A stretch of DNA of 64,000 nucleotides, taken from NCBI RefSeq assembly GCF_009914755.1, contig NC_060948.1; one strand, written 5' to 3'. Position numbers and translations under genes: made by a program. The stretch comes from the human T2T-CHM13v2.0 reference genome, Homo sapiens. Below the pieces are notes generated by a model. The model did not search any database. It saw only the letters and a program-made list of their open reading frames with translations, and was not told where the DNA came from. Shown here in pieces: positions 1 to 13,600 of the stretch (the stretch's first letter is position 1; every line of letters starts with the position of its first letter).

Positions 1-40
1 AACTTTAATGGAATGTACTCGAATGGATTCGACTGGAATG

Positions 41-53
41 GAATGTTCTGGAA
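41..53. promoter_or_regulatory. Candidate heat-shock element HSE-1 (GAAtgTTCtgGAA), at the same offset in every unit except U2
   Basis: Exact match to GAAnnTTCnnGAA. Binding is inferred, not shown. Confidence 0.6.
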
Positions 54-320
54 GTGAATGGACTCCAATGGAATAGATTCAAAAGGAATGGAATCGTACG
101 GAATGGAATCAAATGGAATGGAATTAAATGGAAATGAATCAAATTGAATAGCACGGAATTGAATGGAATGGAATGGAATGCAATGGAATCTAATGAAACG
201 GAAAGGAAAGGAATGGAATGGAATGGAATGGGCTGGAATGGAAAGGAATCGAAACGAATGGAATGGAATCGAACTGAAGAGACTGGAATGGAATGCACTG
301 GAATGGAAGGGAGTGTAATG

Positions 321-333
321 GAAGGTTCTCGAA
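321..333. promoter_or_regulatory. Candidate heat-shock element HSE-2 (GAAggTTCtcGAA), present in all 18 units
   Basis: Exact match to GAAnnTTCnnGAA. Binding is inferred. Confidence 0.6.
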
Positions 334-1346
334 AAAAATGGAATCGAATGGAATGGAATTGAATGGAACGGAATAGAGTCGAATGGAATTGAATGGAATG
401 GAATGGACTAGAGTGAAATGGAATCGAACCACAAGGAATGGAGAGGAATAGAATGGTCTCGAATTGAATGGAATCGTATGGAATGGCATCAAACGGAATG
501 GAATGGACAGCCACGGATTGGAATGCACTCGAATGCAATGGAGTCGAAACTAATGGACTGGAATAGAATGGACTCGACTGGTACGGACTCCAATGAAATG
601 GAATCGAATGGAAGGGAATCGAACGGAATGGACTCGAAGGGAAAAGACTGCAATGGAAAGGTCTCGAATGGAATGGAAATTAATGGAATGGAATGGAATC
701 GAATGAAATGGAGTCAAAAGGAATGGAATCGAATGGCAACAAATCGAATGTAATGGAATCGCAAGGAATTGATGTGAACGGAACGGAATGGAATGGAATC
801 CAAAGGAATGGAATAGAATGGAATGGAATCGAATGGAAAGGACTCGAATGGAAATCACTCGAATAGAATGCAATTTAATAAAATAGGATCAAATGTAATG
901 GAATGGAATGGAAAGGAATCGAAACCAAAGGAATGGAGACAGATGGAATGGAATGGAACAGAGAGCAATGGTATAGAATGGAATGGAATCATCTGGAATG
1001 GAATTGAATGGAATGGAATAATATGAAATGGAATGGAATGGAATGGAATGGAATGCCCTTGAATTAAATGGACTGGAATGGAATGGACTCGAACAGAGTG
1101 GAATGGAATGTGTTGAGATAGAATGGAATGGACTCCTTTGGAATGGTGTAGTATGCAATGCAATCGACTGGCAGGGAATCAAAAGGAATGTAATGGAATG
1201 GACTGGACTGGAATGCAATGGACTCGAATAGATTGCAAACGGAATGCAAAGGAATGGAATGGAATAGTATGGAATGGAATGGAAAGGAATGGAGTGGAAT
1301 AGACTAGAGTGGAATGGAATGGACTGGAAAGCAATGGACTGGAATG

Positions 1347-1359
1347 GAACTTTCTTGAA
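1347..1359. promoter_or_regulatory. Candidate heat-shock element HSE-3 (GAActTTCttGAA), present in all 18 units
   Basis: Exact match to GAAnnTTCnnGAA. Binding is inferred. Confidence 0.6.
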
Positions 1360-2788
1360 TGGACTAGAATCAAACGGAATGGAATGCAATGCAATCAAAT
1401 GGCATGGAATAAAATAGAATGAAAGAGAATCAAATGGAATTGAATCGAATGGAATCGAATGGATTGGAAAGGAATAGAATGGAATGGAATGGAATTGACT
1501 CAAATGGAATGGACTAGAATGGAATGGATTCGAATGGAAGGCAAAGGAATGGAATCTATTGGAATGGACTGTAATGGAATGGAATGGAAGGGATTGGAAT
1601 GGACTCGAATGGAATGGACTGCAATAGAAAGGATTCGAATGGAATGAAAAAGAATTGAATGGAATAGAACAGAATGGAATCAAATCGAATGAAATGGAAT
1701 GGAATAGAAAGGAATGGAATGAAATGGAATGGAAAGGATTCGAATGGAATGCAATCGAATGGAATGGAATCGAACGGAATGGAATAAAATGGAAGAAAAC
1801 TGGCAAGAAATGGAATCGAAATGAATGGAGTGTTATGGAACGGACTCAAAAGGAATTGAATGTAATAGAATGGAGTGGAGTGGACTCGAATATAATGGAC
1901 TGGAATGGAATGAAATCACATGGAATGGGAACGAATGGAATGGAATGGAAAGGAATGGAATCGAATGGAAAGGAATCGAATGGAAGGGAATGAAATTGAA
2001 TCAACAGGAATGGAAGGGAATAGAATAGACGGTAATGGAATGGACTCGAATAGAATGGACACGAATGCTCAAATTGAATGGACTTGAATGGAATGGAAAC
2101 GAAAGGAACGTCATCGAATGGAATTGAATCGATTGGAATGAAATCGCATAGAATGGAGTGGAATCAAATGGAATTGAATCGAAAGGAAAGGAAGCGAATG
2201 GACTGAAATGAAATGGAATGGAATTGAATGGAAAGTAATGCAATGGAATAGAATGGAACGAAATTTCACGGAATGGAATCAAACTGAATGGAATCAAATC
2301 AATGGAATCCAATCAAATGGAATGGAAAGGAATTGAATGGAGTAGATTGGATTGGATGGGATTGGAATGAAATGTACTGGAAAGGACTCGAATTTCATGA
2401 AACGGAATGGAATGAATTGGAACGGAATGGACTCGAATGCAATGGAATGTCATGGAATGGCATCAAATGGAATGGCATCAAATGGAATGGAATCGAATGC
2501 AATGGAATGCTATGGAATGGAATGGAATGCATTGGAATGGAATGTCCTCTAATGGAATGGATTCGAGTGGAATGGAATCGAATATAATGGAGTCGAATGA
2601 AATGGAATTGAAAGGAATGGGATCGAATACAATGGAATATACTGGAATGTAATGTAATGAACTCGAATGTAATTGACTGGAATGGAATGTACATGAATGG
2701 AATGTAATCGAATGGAAAGTAATCCAATGGAATAGAATCTAATGCAATAAAATCGACTCAGATAGAGTAGCATGTAATGGAATGGAGT

Positions 2789-2885
2789 GCAGTGCAATGG
2801 AATGGAATGGAATGGAATGCAATGGAATGGAATGGAATGGAATGGAATGGAATGGAATGGAATGGGATGGGATGGAATGGTATGG
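2789..2885 (+). repeat. Nearly pure, length-variable (GGAAT)n tract (U1 copy; one per unit)
   Basis: Lies between GCAGTGCAAT and GGTATGG. Span varies from 77 to 102 bp in 5-bp steps among units. Confidence 0.9.
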
Positions 2886-3194
2886 AATGGATAGTAATGG
2901 ACTGGAGTGAAATGGACTGGAAAGGAATGGACTCAAATTGAAAGGGCTCGAAAGGAATGGAGTCAAATGGAATGATCTGGAATGGAATGAACACGAATGT
3001 AATGCAATCCAATAGAATGGAATCGAATGGCATGGAATATAAAGAAATGGAATCGGAGAGAATGGAAACAAATGGAATGGAATTGAATGGAATGGAATTG
3101 AATGGAATGGGAACGAATGGAGTGAAATTGTATGCAGTAGAAGGGAATAGAATGGAATGCAAGCGAAAGGAAAGGAATGGATTGGAATGGAATG

Positions 3195-3238
3195 GAATTC
3201 ATTGGAATGGAAGGGAATGTAGTGTAATGGACAGGCCT
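3195..3238. other. Diagnostic EcoRI (3195-3200) and StuI/HaeIII (3233-3238) sites, once per unit
   Basis: GAATTC and AGGCCT seen at the equivalent position of each unit. They would release the classic male-specific ~3.4-3.6 kb band. Confidence 0.9.
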
Positions 3239-3569
3239 GGAATAAAGTGGAATGCTACGGTCTCGAATGGAATAAAAATGTATGGAATGGAATGCAATGA
3301 AATGGAATCGAATGTCATAGAATGTAATGGAATGCAACAAAATGGAATCCAAAATCATTGACTGGAAAGGCTGGGTGTCGAAAGGAATTGACTCCAATGG
3401 AATGGAATCGAATGGAATGGAAGTGAATAGAATCGAACTAAATCGAATGGAATGGAATTGATAGGAACGGAATGGAAAGGAATGCAATGATTTGGCATGG
3501 AATGGAATCGAATGGCATCGAATGGAATGGAATGGAATGCAATGGAATGGAATGTATTAGAATGTAATG

Positions 3570-6500
3570 AACTTTAATGGAATGTACTCGAATGGATTCG
3601 ACTGGAATGGAATGTTGTGGAAGTGAATGGACTCCAATGGAATGGATTCAAAAGGAATGGAATTGTACGGAATGGAATCTAATGGAATGGAATTAAATGG
3701 AAATGAATCAAATTGAATAGCACGGAATTGAATTGAATGGAATGGAATGCAAAGGAATCTAATGAAACGGAAAGGAAAGGAATGGAATGGAATGGAATGG
3801 GCTGGAATGGAAAGGAATCGAAACGAATGGAATGGAATCGAACTGAAGAGACTGGAATGGACTGCACTGGAATGGAAGGGAGTGTAATGGAAGGTTCTCG
3901 AAAAAAATGGAATCGAATGGAATGGAATTGAATGGAACGGAATAGAGTCGAATGGAATTGAATGGAATGGAATGGACTAGAGTGAAATGGAATCGAACCA
4001 CAAGGAATGGACATGAATAGAATGGTCTCGAATTGAATGGAATCGTATGGAATGGCATCAAACGGAATGGAATGGACAGCCACGGAATGGAATGCACTCG
4101 AATGCAATGGAGTCGAAACTAATGGACTGGAATAGAATGGACTCGACTGGTACGGACTCCAATGGAATGGAATCGAATGGAAGGGAATCGAACGGAATGG
4201 ACTCGAAGGGAAAAGACTGCAATGGAAAGGTCTCGAATGGAATGGAAATTAATAGAATGGAATGGAATCGAATGAAATGGAGTCAAAAGGAATGGAATCG
4301 AATGGCAAGAAATCGAATGTAATGGAATCGCAAGGAATTGATGTGAACGGAACGGAATGGAATGGAATCCAAAGGAATGGAATAGAATGGAATGGAATCG
4401 AATGGAAAGGACTCGAATGGCAATCACTCGAATAGAATGCAATTTAATAAAATAGGATCAAATGTAATGGAATGGAATGGAAAGGAATCGAAACGAAAGG
4501 AATGGAGACAGATGGAATGGAATGGAACAGAGAGCAATGGTATAGAATGGAATGGAATCATCTGGAATGGAATTGAATGGAATGGAATAATATGAAATGG
4601 AATGGAATGGAATGGAATGGAATGCCCTTGAATTAAATGGACTGGAATGGAATGGACTCGAACAGAGTGGAATGGAAAGTGTTGAGATAGAATGGAATGG
4701 ACTCCTTTGGAATGGTGTAGTATGCAATGCAATCGACTGGCAGGGAATCAAAAGGAATGTAATGGAATGGATTGGACTGGAATGCAATGGACTCGAATAG
4801 ATTGGAAACGGAATGCAAAGGAATGGAATGGAATAGTATGGAATGGAATGGAAAGGAATGGAGTGGAATAGACTAGAGTGGAATGGAATGGACTGGAAAG
4901 CAATGGACTGGAATGGAACTTTCTTGAATGGACTGGAATCAAACGGAATGGAATGCAATGCAATCAAATGGCATGGAATAAAATAGAATGAAAGAGAATC
5001 AAATGGAATTGAATCGAATGGAATCGAATGGATTGGAAAGGAATAGAATGGAATGGAATGGAATTGACTCAAATGGAATGGACTAGAATGGAATGGATTC
5101 GAATGGAAGGCAAAGGAATGGAATCTATTGGAATGGACTGTAATGGAATGGAATGGAAGGGATTGGAATGGACTCGAATGGAATGGACTGCAATAGAAAG
5201 GATTCGAATGGAATGAAAAAGAATTCAATGGAATAGAACAGAATGGAATCAAATCGAATGAAATGGAATGGAATAGAAAGGAATGGAATGAAATGGAATG
5301 GAAAGGATTCGAATGGAATGCAATCAAATGGAATGGAATCGAACGGAATGGAATAAAATGGAAGAAAACTGGCAAGAAATGGAATCGAAATGAATGGAGT
5401 GTTATGGAACGGACTCAAAAGGAATTGAATGTAATAGAATGGAGTGGAGTGGACTCGAATATAATGGACTGGAATGGAATGAAATCACATGGAATGGGAA
5501 CGAATGGAATGGAATGGAAAGGAATGGAATCGAATGGAAAGGAATCGAATGGAAGGGAATGAAATTGAATCAACAGGAATGGAAGGGAATAGAATAGACG
5601 GTAATGGAATGGACTCGAATAGAATGGACACGAATGCTCAAATTGAATGGACTCGAATGGAATGGAAACGAAAGGAATGTCATCGAATGGAATTGAATCG
5701 ATTGGAATGAAATCGCATAGAATGGAGTGGAATCAAATGGAATTGAATCGAAAGGAAAGGAAGCGAATGGACTGAAATGAAATGGAATGGAATTGAATGG
5801 AAAGTAATGCAATGGAATAGAATGGAACGAAATTTCACGGAATGGAATCAAACTGAATGGAATCAAATCAATGGAATCTAATCAAATGGAATGGAAAGGA
5901 ATTGAATGGAGTAGATTGGATTGGATGGGATTGGAATGAAATGTACTGGAAAGGACTCGAATTTCATGAAACGGAATGGAATGAATTGGAACGGAACGGA
6001 CTCGAATGGAATGGAATGTCATGGAATGGCATCAAATGGAATGGCATCAAATGGAATGGAATCGAATGCAATGGAATGTTATGGAATGGAATGGAATGCA
6101 TTGGAATGGAATGTCCTCTAATGGAATGGATTCGAGTGGAATGGAATCGAATATAATGGAGTCGAATGAAATGGAATTGAAAGGAATGGGATCGAATAGA
6201 ATGGAATATACTGGAATGTAATGTAATGAACTCGAATGTAATTGACTGGAATGGAATGTACATGAATGGAAGGTAAACGAATGGAAAGTAATCCAATGGA
6301 ATACAATCTAATGCAATAAAACCGTCTCAGATAGAGTAGAATGTAATAGAATGGAGTGCAGTGCAATGGAATGGAATGGAATTGAATGCAATGGAATGGA
6401 ATGGAATGGAATGGAATGGAATGGAATGGAATGGAATGGGATGGAATGGTATGGAATGGATAGTAATGGACTGGAGTGAAGTGGACTGGAAAGGAATGGA

Positions 6501-7138
6501 CTCAAATTGAAAGGGCTCGAAAGGAATGGAGTCAAATGGAATGGTCTGGAATGGAATGAACACGAATGTAATGCAATCCAATAGAATGGAATCGAATGGC
6601 ATGGAATATAAAGAAATGGATTCGAAGAGAATGGAAACAAATGGAATGGAATTGAATGGAATGGAATTGAATGGAATGGGAACGAATGGAGTGAAATTGT
6701 ATGCAGTAGAAGGGAATAGAATGGAATGCAAGCGAAAGGAAAGGAATGGATTGGAATGGAATGGAATTCATTGGAATGGAAGGGAATGTAGTGTAATGGA
6801 CAGGCCTGGAATAAAGTGGAATGCTACGGTCTCGAATGGAATAAAAATGTATGGAATGGAATGCAATGAAACGGAATCGAATGTCATAGAATGTAATGGA
6901 ATGCAACAAAATGGAATCCAAAATCATTGACTGGAAAGACTGGGTGTCGAAAGGAATTGACTCCAATGGAATGGAATCGAATGGAATGGAAGTGAATAGA
7001 ATCGAACTAAATCGAATGGAATGGAATTGATAGGAACGGAATGGAAAGGAATGCAATGATTTGGCATGGAATGGAATCGAATGGCATCGAATGGAATGGA
7101 ATGGAATGCAATGGAATGGAATGTATTAGAATGTAATG
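3570..7138 (+). repeat. Unit U2 (3569 bp)
   Basis: Anchor at 3570. Extra EcoRI site at 5221-5226. First HSE broken (TTC>TTG). Confidence 0.93.
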
Positions 7139-10100
7139 AACTTTAATGGAATGTACTCGAATGGATTCGACTGGAATGGAATGTTCTGGAAGTGAATGGA
7201 CTCCAATGGAATGGATTCAAAAGGAATGGAATCGTACGGAATGGAATCTAATGGAATGGAATTAAATGGAAATGAATCAAATTGAATAGCACGGAATTGA
7301 ATTGAATGGAATGGAATGCAATGGAATCTAATGAAACGGAAAGGAAAGGAATGGAATGGAATGGAATGGGCTGGAATGGAAAGGAATCGAAACGAATGGA
7401 ATGGAATCGAACTGAAGAGACTGGAATGGAATGCACTGGAATGGAAGGGAGTGTAATGGAAGGTTCTCGAAAAAAATGGAATCGAATGGAATGGAATTGA
7501 ATGGAACGGAATAGAGTCGAATGGAATTGAGTGGAATGGAATGGACTAGAGTGAAATGGAATCGAACCACAAGGAATGGACAGGAATAGAATGGTCTCGA
7601 ATTGAATGGAATCGTATGGAATGGCATCAAACGGAATGGAATGGACAGCCACGGAATGGAATGCACTCGAATGCAATGGAGTCGAAACTAATGGACTGGA
7701 ATAGAATGGACTCGACTGGTACGGACTCCAATGGAATGGAATCGAATGGAAGGGAATCGAACGGAATGGACTCGAAGGGAAAAGACTGCAATGGAAAGGT
7801 CTCGAATGGAATGGAAATTAATGGAATGGAATGGAATCGAATGAAATGGAGTCAAAAGGAATGGAATCGAATGGCAAGAAATCGAATGTAATGGAATCGC
7901 AAGGAATTGATGTGAACGGAACGGAATGGAATGGAATCCAAAGGAATGGAATAGAATGGAATGGAATCGAATGGAAAGGACTCGAATGGAAATCACTCGA
8001 ATAGAATGCAATTTAATAAAATAGGATAAAATGTAATGGAATAGAATGGAAAGGAATCGAAACGAAAGGAATGGAGACAGATGGAATGGAATAGAACAGA
8101 GAGCAATGGTATAGAATGGAATGGAATCATCTGGAATGGAATTGAATGGAATGGAATAATATGAAATGGAATGGAATGGAATGGAATGGAATGTCCTTGA
8201 ATTAAATGGACTGGAATGGAATGGACTCGAACAGAGTGGAATGGAAAGTGTTGAGATAGAATGGAATGGACTCCTTTGGAATGGTGTAGTATGCAATGCA
8301 ATCGACTGGCAGGGAATCAAAAGGAATGTAATCGAATGGATTGGACTGGAATGCAATGGACTCGAATAGATTGCAAACGGAATGCAAAGGAATGGAATGG
8401 AATAGTATGGAATGGAATGGAAAGGAATGGAGTGGAATAGACTAGAGTGGAATGGAATGGACTGGAAAGCAATGGACTGGAATGGAACTTTCTTGAATGG
8501 ACTGGAATCAAACGGAATGGAATGCAATGCAATCAAATGGCATGGAATAAAATAGAATGAAAGAGAATCAAATGGAATTGAATCGAATGGAATCGAATGG
8601 ATTGGAAAGGAATAGAATGGAATGGAATGGAATGGACTCAAATGGAATGGACTAGAATGGAATGGATTCGAATGGAAGGCAAAGAATGGAATCTATTGGA
8701 ATGGACTGTAATGGAATGGAATGGAAGGGATTGGAATGGACTCGAATGGAATGGACTGCAATAGAAAGGATTCGAATGGAATGAAAAAGAATTGAATGGA
8801 ATAGAACAGAATGGAATCAAATCGAATGAAATGGAATGGAATAGAAAGGAATGGAATGAAATGGAATGGAAAGGATTCGAATGGAATGCAATCGAATGGA
8901 ATGGAATCGAACGGAATGGAATAAAATGGAAGAAAACTGGCAAGAAATGGAGTCGAAATGAATGGAGTGTTATGGAACGGACTCAAAAGGAATTGAATGT
9001 AATAGAATGGAGTGGAGTGGACTCGAATATAATGGACTGGAATGGAATGAAATCACATGGAATGGGAACGAATGGAATGGAATGGAAAGGAATGGAATCG
9101 AATGGAAAGGAATCGAATGGAAGGGAATGAAATTGAATCAACAGGAATGGAAGGGAATAGAATAGACGGTAATGGAATGGACTCGAATAGAATGGACACG
9201 AATGCTCAAATTGAATGGACTCGAATGGAATGGAAACGAAAGGAATGTCATCGAATGGAATTGAATCGATTGGAATGAAATCGCACAGAATGGAGTGGAA
9301 TCAAATGGAATTGAATCGAAAGGAAAGGAAGCGAATGGAATGAAATGAAATGGAATGGAATTGAATGGAAAGTAATGCAATGGAATAGAATGGAACGAAA
9401 TTTCACGGAATGGAATCAAACTGAATGGAATCAAATCAATGGAATCAAATCAAATGGAATGGAAAGGAATTGAATGGAGTAGATTGGATTGGATGGGATT
9501 GGAATGAAATGTACTGAAAAGGACTCGAATTTCATGAAACGGAATGGAATGAATTGGAACGGAATGGACTCGAATGGAATGGAATGTCATGGAATGGCAT
9601 CAAATGGAATGGCATCAAATGGAATGGAATCGAATGCAATGGAATGCTATGGAATGGAATGGAATGCATTGGAATGGAATGTCCTCTAATGGAATGGATT
9701 CGAGTGGAATGGAATCGAATATAATGGAGTCGAATGAAATGGAATTGAAAGGAATGGGATCGAATACAATGGAATATACTGGAATGTAATGTAATGAACT
9801 CGAATGTAATTGACTGGAATGGAATGTACATGAATGGAATGTAATCGAATGGAAAGTAATCCAATGGAATAGAATCTAATGCAATAAAATCGACTCAGAG
9901 TAGAATGTAATGGAATGGAGTGCAGTGCAATGGAATGGAATGGAATGGAATGCAATTGAATGGAATGGAATGGAATGGAATGGAATGGAATGGGATGGAA
10001 TGGTATGGAATGGATAGTAATGGACTGGAGTGAAATGGACTGGAAAGGAATGGACTCAAATTGAAAGGGCTCGAAAGGAATGGAGTCAAATGGAATGGTC

Positions 10101-10692
10101 TGGAATGGAATGAACACGAATGTAATGCAATCCAATAGAATGGAATCGAATGGCATGGAATATAAAGAAATGGAATCGGAGAGAATGGAAACAAATGGAA
10201 TGGAATTGAATGGAATGGAATTGAATGGAATGGGAACGAATGGAGTGAAATTGTATGCAGTAGAAGGGAATAGAATGGAATGCAAGCGAAAGGAAAGGAA
10301 TGGATTGGAATGGAATGGAATTCATTGGAATGGAAGGGAATGTAGTGTAATGGACAGGCCTGGAATAAAGTGGAATGCTACGGTCTCGAATGGAATAAAA
10401 ATGTATGGAATGGAATGCAATGAAATGGAATCGAATGTCATAGAATGTAATGGAATGCAACAAAATGGAATCCAAAATCATTGACTGGAAAGGCTGGGTG
10501 TCGAAAGGAATTGACTCCAATGGAATGGAATCGAATGGAATGGAAGTGAATAGAATCGAACTAAATCGAATGGAATGGAATTGATAGGAACGGAATGGAA
10601 AGGAATGCAATGATTTGGCATGGAATGGAATCGAATGGCATCGAATGGAATGGAATGGAATGCAATGGAATGGAATGTATTAGAATGTAATG
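7139..10692 (+). repeat. Unit U3 (3554 bp), type A
   Basis: Anchor at 7139. 1-bp deletion at ~8684 and 4-bp deletion at ~9899. Confidence 0.93.
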
Positions 10693-13600
10693 AACTTTAA
10701 TGGAATGTACTCGAATGGATTCGACTGGAATGGAATGTTCTGGAAGTGAATGGACTCCAATGGAATGGATTCCAAAGGAATGGAATCGTACGGAATGGAA
10801 TCTAATGGAATGGAATTAAATGGAAATGAATCAAATTGAATAGCACGGAATTGAATTGAATGGAATGGAATGCAATGGAATCTAATGAAACGGAAAGGAA
10901 AGGAATGGAATGGAATGGAATGGGCTGGAATGGAAAGGAATCGAAACGAATGGAATGGAATCGAACTGAAGAGACTGCAATGGAATGCACTGGAATGGAA
11001 GGGAGTGTAATGGAAGGTTCTCGAAAAAAATGGAATCGAATGGAATGGAATTGAATGGAACGGAATAGAGTCGAATGGAATTGAATGGAATGGAATGGAC
11101 TAGAGTGATATGGAATCGAACCACAAGGAATGGAGAGGAATAGAATGGTCTCGAATTGAATGGAATCGTATGGAGTGGCATCAAACGGAATGGAATGGAC
11201 AGCCACGGAATGGAATGCACTCGAATGCAATGGAGTCGAAACTAATGGACTGGAATAGAATGGACTCGACTGGTACGGACTCCAATGGAATGGAATGGAA
11301 TGGAAGGGAATCGAACGGAATGGACTCGAAGGGAAAAGACTGCAATGGAAAGGTCTCGAATGGAATGGAAATTAATGGAATGGAATGGAATCGAATGAAA
11401 TGGAGTCAAATAGAATGGAATCGAATGGCAACAAATCGAATGTAATGGAATCGCAAGGAATTGATGTGAAAGGAACGGAATGGAATGGAATCCAAAGGAA
11501 TGGAATAGAATGGAATGGAATCGAATGGAAAGGACTCGAATGGAAATCACTCGAATAGAATGCAATTTAATAAAATAGGATCAAATGTAATGGAATGGAA
11601 TGGAAAGGAATCGAAACGAAAGGAATGGAGACAGATGGAATGGAATGGAACAGAGAGCAATGGTATAGAATGGAATGGAATCATCTGGAATGGAATTGAA
11701 TGGAATGGAATAATATGAAATGGAATGGAATGGAATGGAATGGAATGCCCTTGAATTAAATGGACTGGAATGGAATGGACTCGAACAGAGTGGAATGGAA
11801 AGTGTTGAGATAGAATGGAATGGACTCCTTTGGAATGGTGTAGTATGCAATGCAATCGACTGGCAGGGAATCAAAAGGAATGTAATGGAATGGACTGGAC
11901 TGGAATGCAATGGACTCGAATAGATTGGAAACGGAATGCAAAGAAATGGAATGGAATAGTATGGAATGGAATGGAAAGGAATGGAGTGGAATAGACTAGA
12001 GTGGAATGGAATGGACTGGAAAGCAATGGACTGGAATGGAACTTTCTTGAATGGACTGGAATCAAACGGAATGGAATGCAATGCAATCAAATGGCATGGA
12101 ATAAAATAGAATGAAAGAGAATCAAATGGAATTGAATCGAATGGAATCGAATGGATTGGAAAGGAATAGAATGGAATGGAATGGAATTGACTCAAATGGA
12201 ATGGACTAGAATGGAATGGATTCGAATGGAAGGCAAAGGAATGGAATCTATTGGAATGGACTGTAATGGAATGGAATGGAAGGGATTGGAATGGACTCGA
12301 ATGGAATGGACTGCAATAGAAAGGATTCGAATGGAATGAAAAAGAATTGAATGGAATAGAACAGAATGGAATCAAATCGAATGAAATGGAATGGAATAGA
12401 AAGGAATGGAATGAAATGGAATGGAAAGGATTCGAATGGAATGCAATCGAATGGAATGGAATCGAACGGAATGGAATAAAATGGAAGAAAACTGGCAAGA
12501 AATGGAATCGAAATGAATGGAGTGTTATGGAACGGACTCAAAAGGAATTGAATGTAATAGAATGGAGTGGAGTGGACTCGAATATAATGGACTGGAATGG
12601 AATGAAATCACATGGAATGGGAACGAATGGAATGGAATGGAAAGGAATGGAATCGAATGGAAAGGAATCGAATGGAAGGGAATGAAATTGAATCAACAGG
12701 AATGGAAGGGAATAGAATAGACGGTAATGGAATGGACTCGAATAGAATGGACACGAATGCTCAAATTAAATGGACTCGAATGGAATGGAAACGAAAGGAA
12801 TGTCATCGAATGGAATTGAATCGATTGGAATGAAATCGCATAGAATGGAGTGGAATCAAATGGAATTGAATCGAAAGGAAAGGAAGCGAATGGACTGAAA
12901 TGAAATGGAATGGAATTGAATGGAAAGTAATGCAATGGAATAGAATGGAACGAAATTTCACGGAATGGAATCAAACTGAATGGAATCAAATCAATGGAAT
13001 CAAATCAAATGGAATGGAAAGGAATTGAATGGAGTAGATTGGATTGGATGGGATTGGAATGAAATGTACTGGAAAGGACTCGAATTTCATGAAACGGAAT
13101 GGAATGAATTGGAACGGAATGGACTCGAATGGAATGGAATGTCATGGAATGGCATCAAATGGAATGGCATCAAATGGAATGGAATCGAATGCAATGGAAT
13201 GCTATGGAATGGAATGGAATGCATTGGAATGGAATGTCCTCTAATGGAATGGATTCGAGTGGAATGGAATCGAATATAATGGAGTCGAATGAAATGGAAT
13301 TGAAAGGAATGGGATCGAATAGAATGGAATATACTGGAATGTAATGTAATGAACTCGAATGTAATTGACTGGAATGGAATGTACATGAATGGAATGTAAT
13401 CGAATGGAAAGTAATCCAATGGAATAGAATCTAATGCAATAAAACCGACTCAGATAGAGTAGAATGTAATGGAATGGAGTGCAGTGCAATGGAAGGGAAT
13501 GGAATTGAATGCAATGGAATGGAATGGAATGGAATGGAATGGAATGGAATGGAATGGGATGGAATGGTATGGAATGGATAGTAATGGACTGGAGTGAAAT

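Larger units (their letters stand above)
1..3569 (+). repeat. Unit U1 (3569 bp)
   Basis: AACTTTAATG at 1, next at 3570. Many private substitutions. Confidence 0.93.

Noticed and set aside
2305-2315. DUX4-like site (GAATCCAATCA/GAATCTAATCA; also AAATTGAATCA at ~1993)
   Set aside because: It lacks the initial T of the TAAT half-site. Such near-matches are expected in an AAT-periodic sequence.
2860-2880. G-quadruplex potential at GGGATGGGATGG or across GG repeats
   Set aside because: At most two or three G3 runs lie near each other. GGAAT strands are known to favour GGA-mismatch hairpins, a generic satellite property and not specific to this window.
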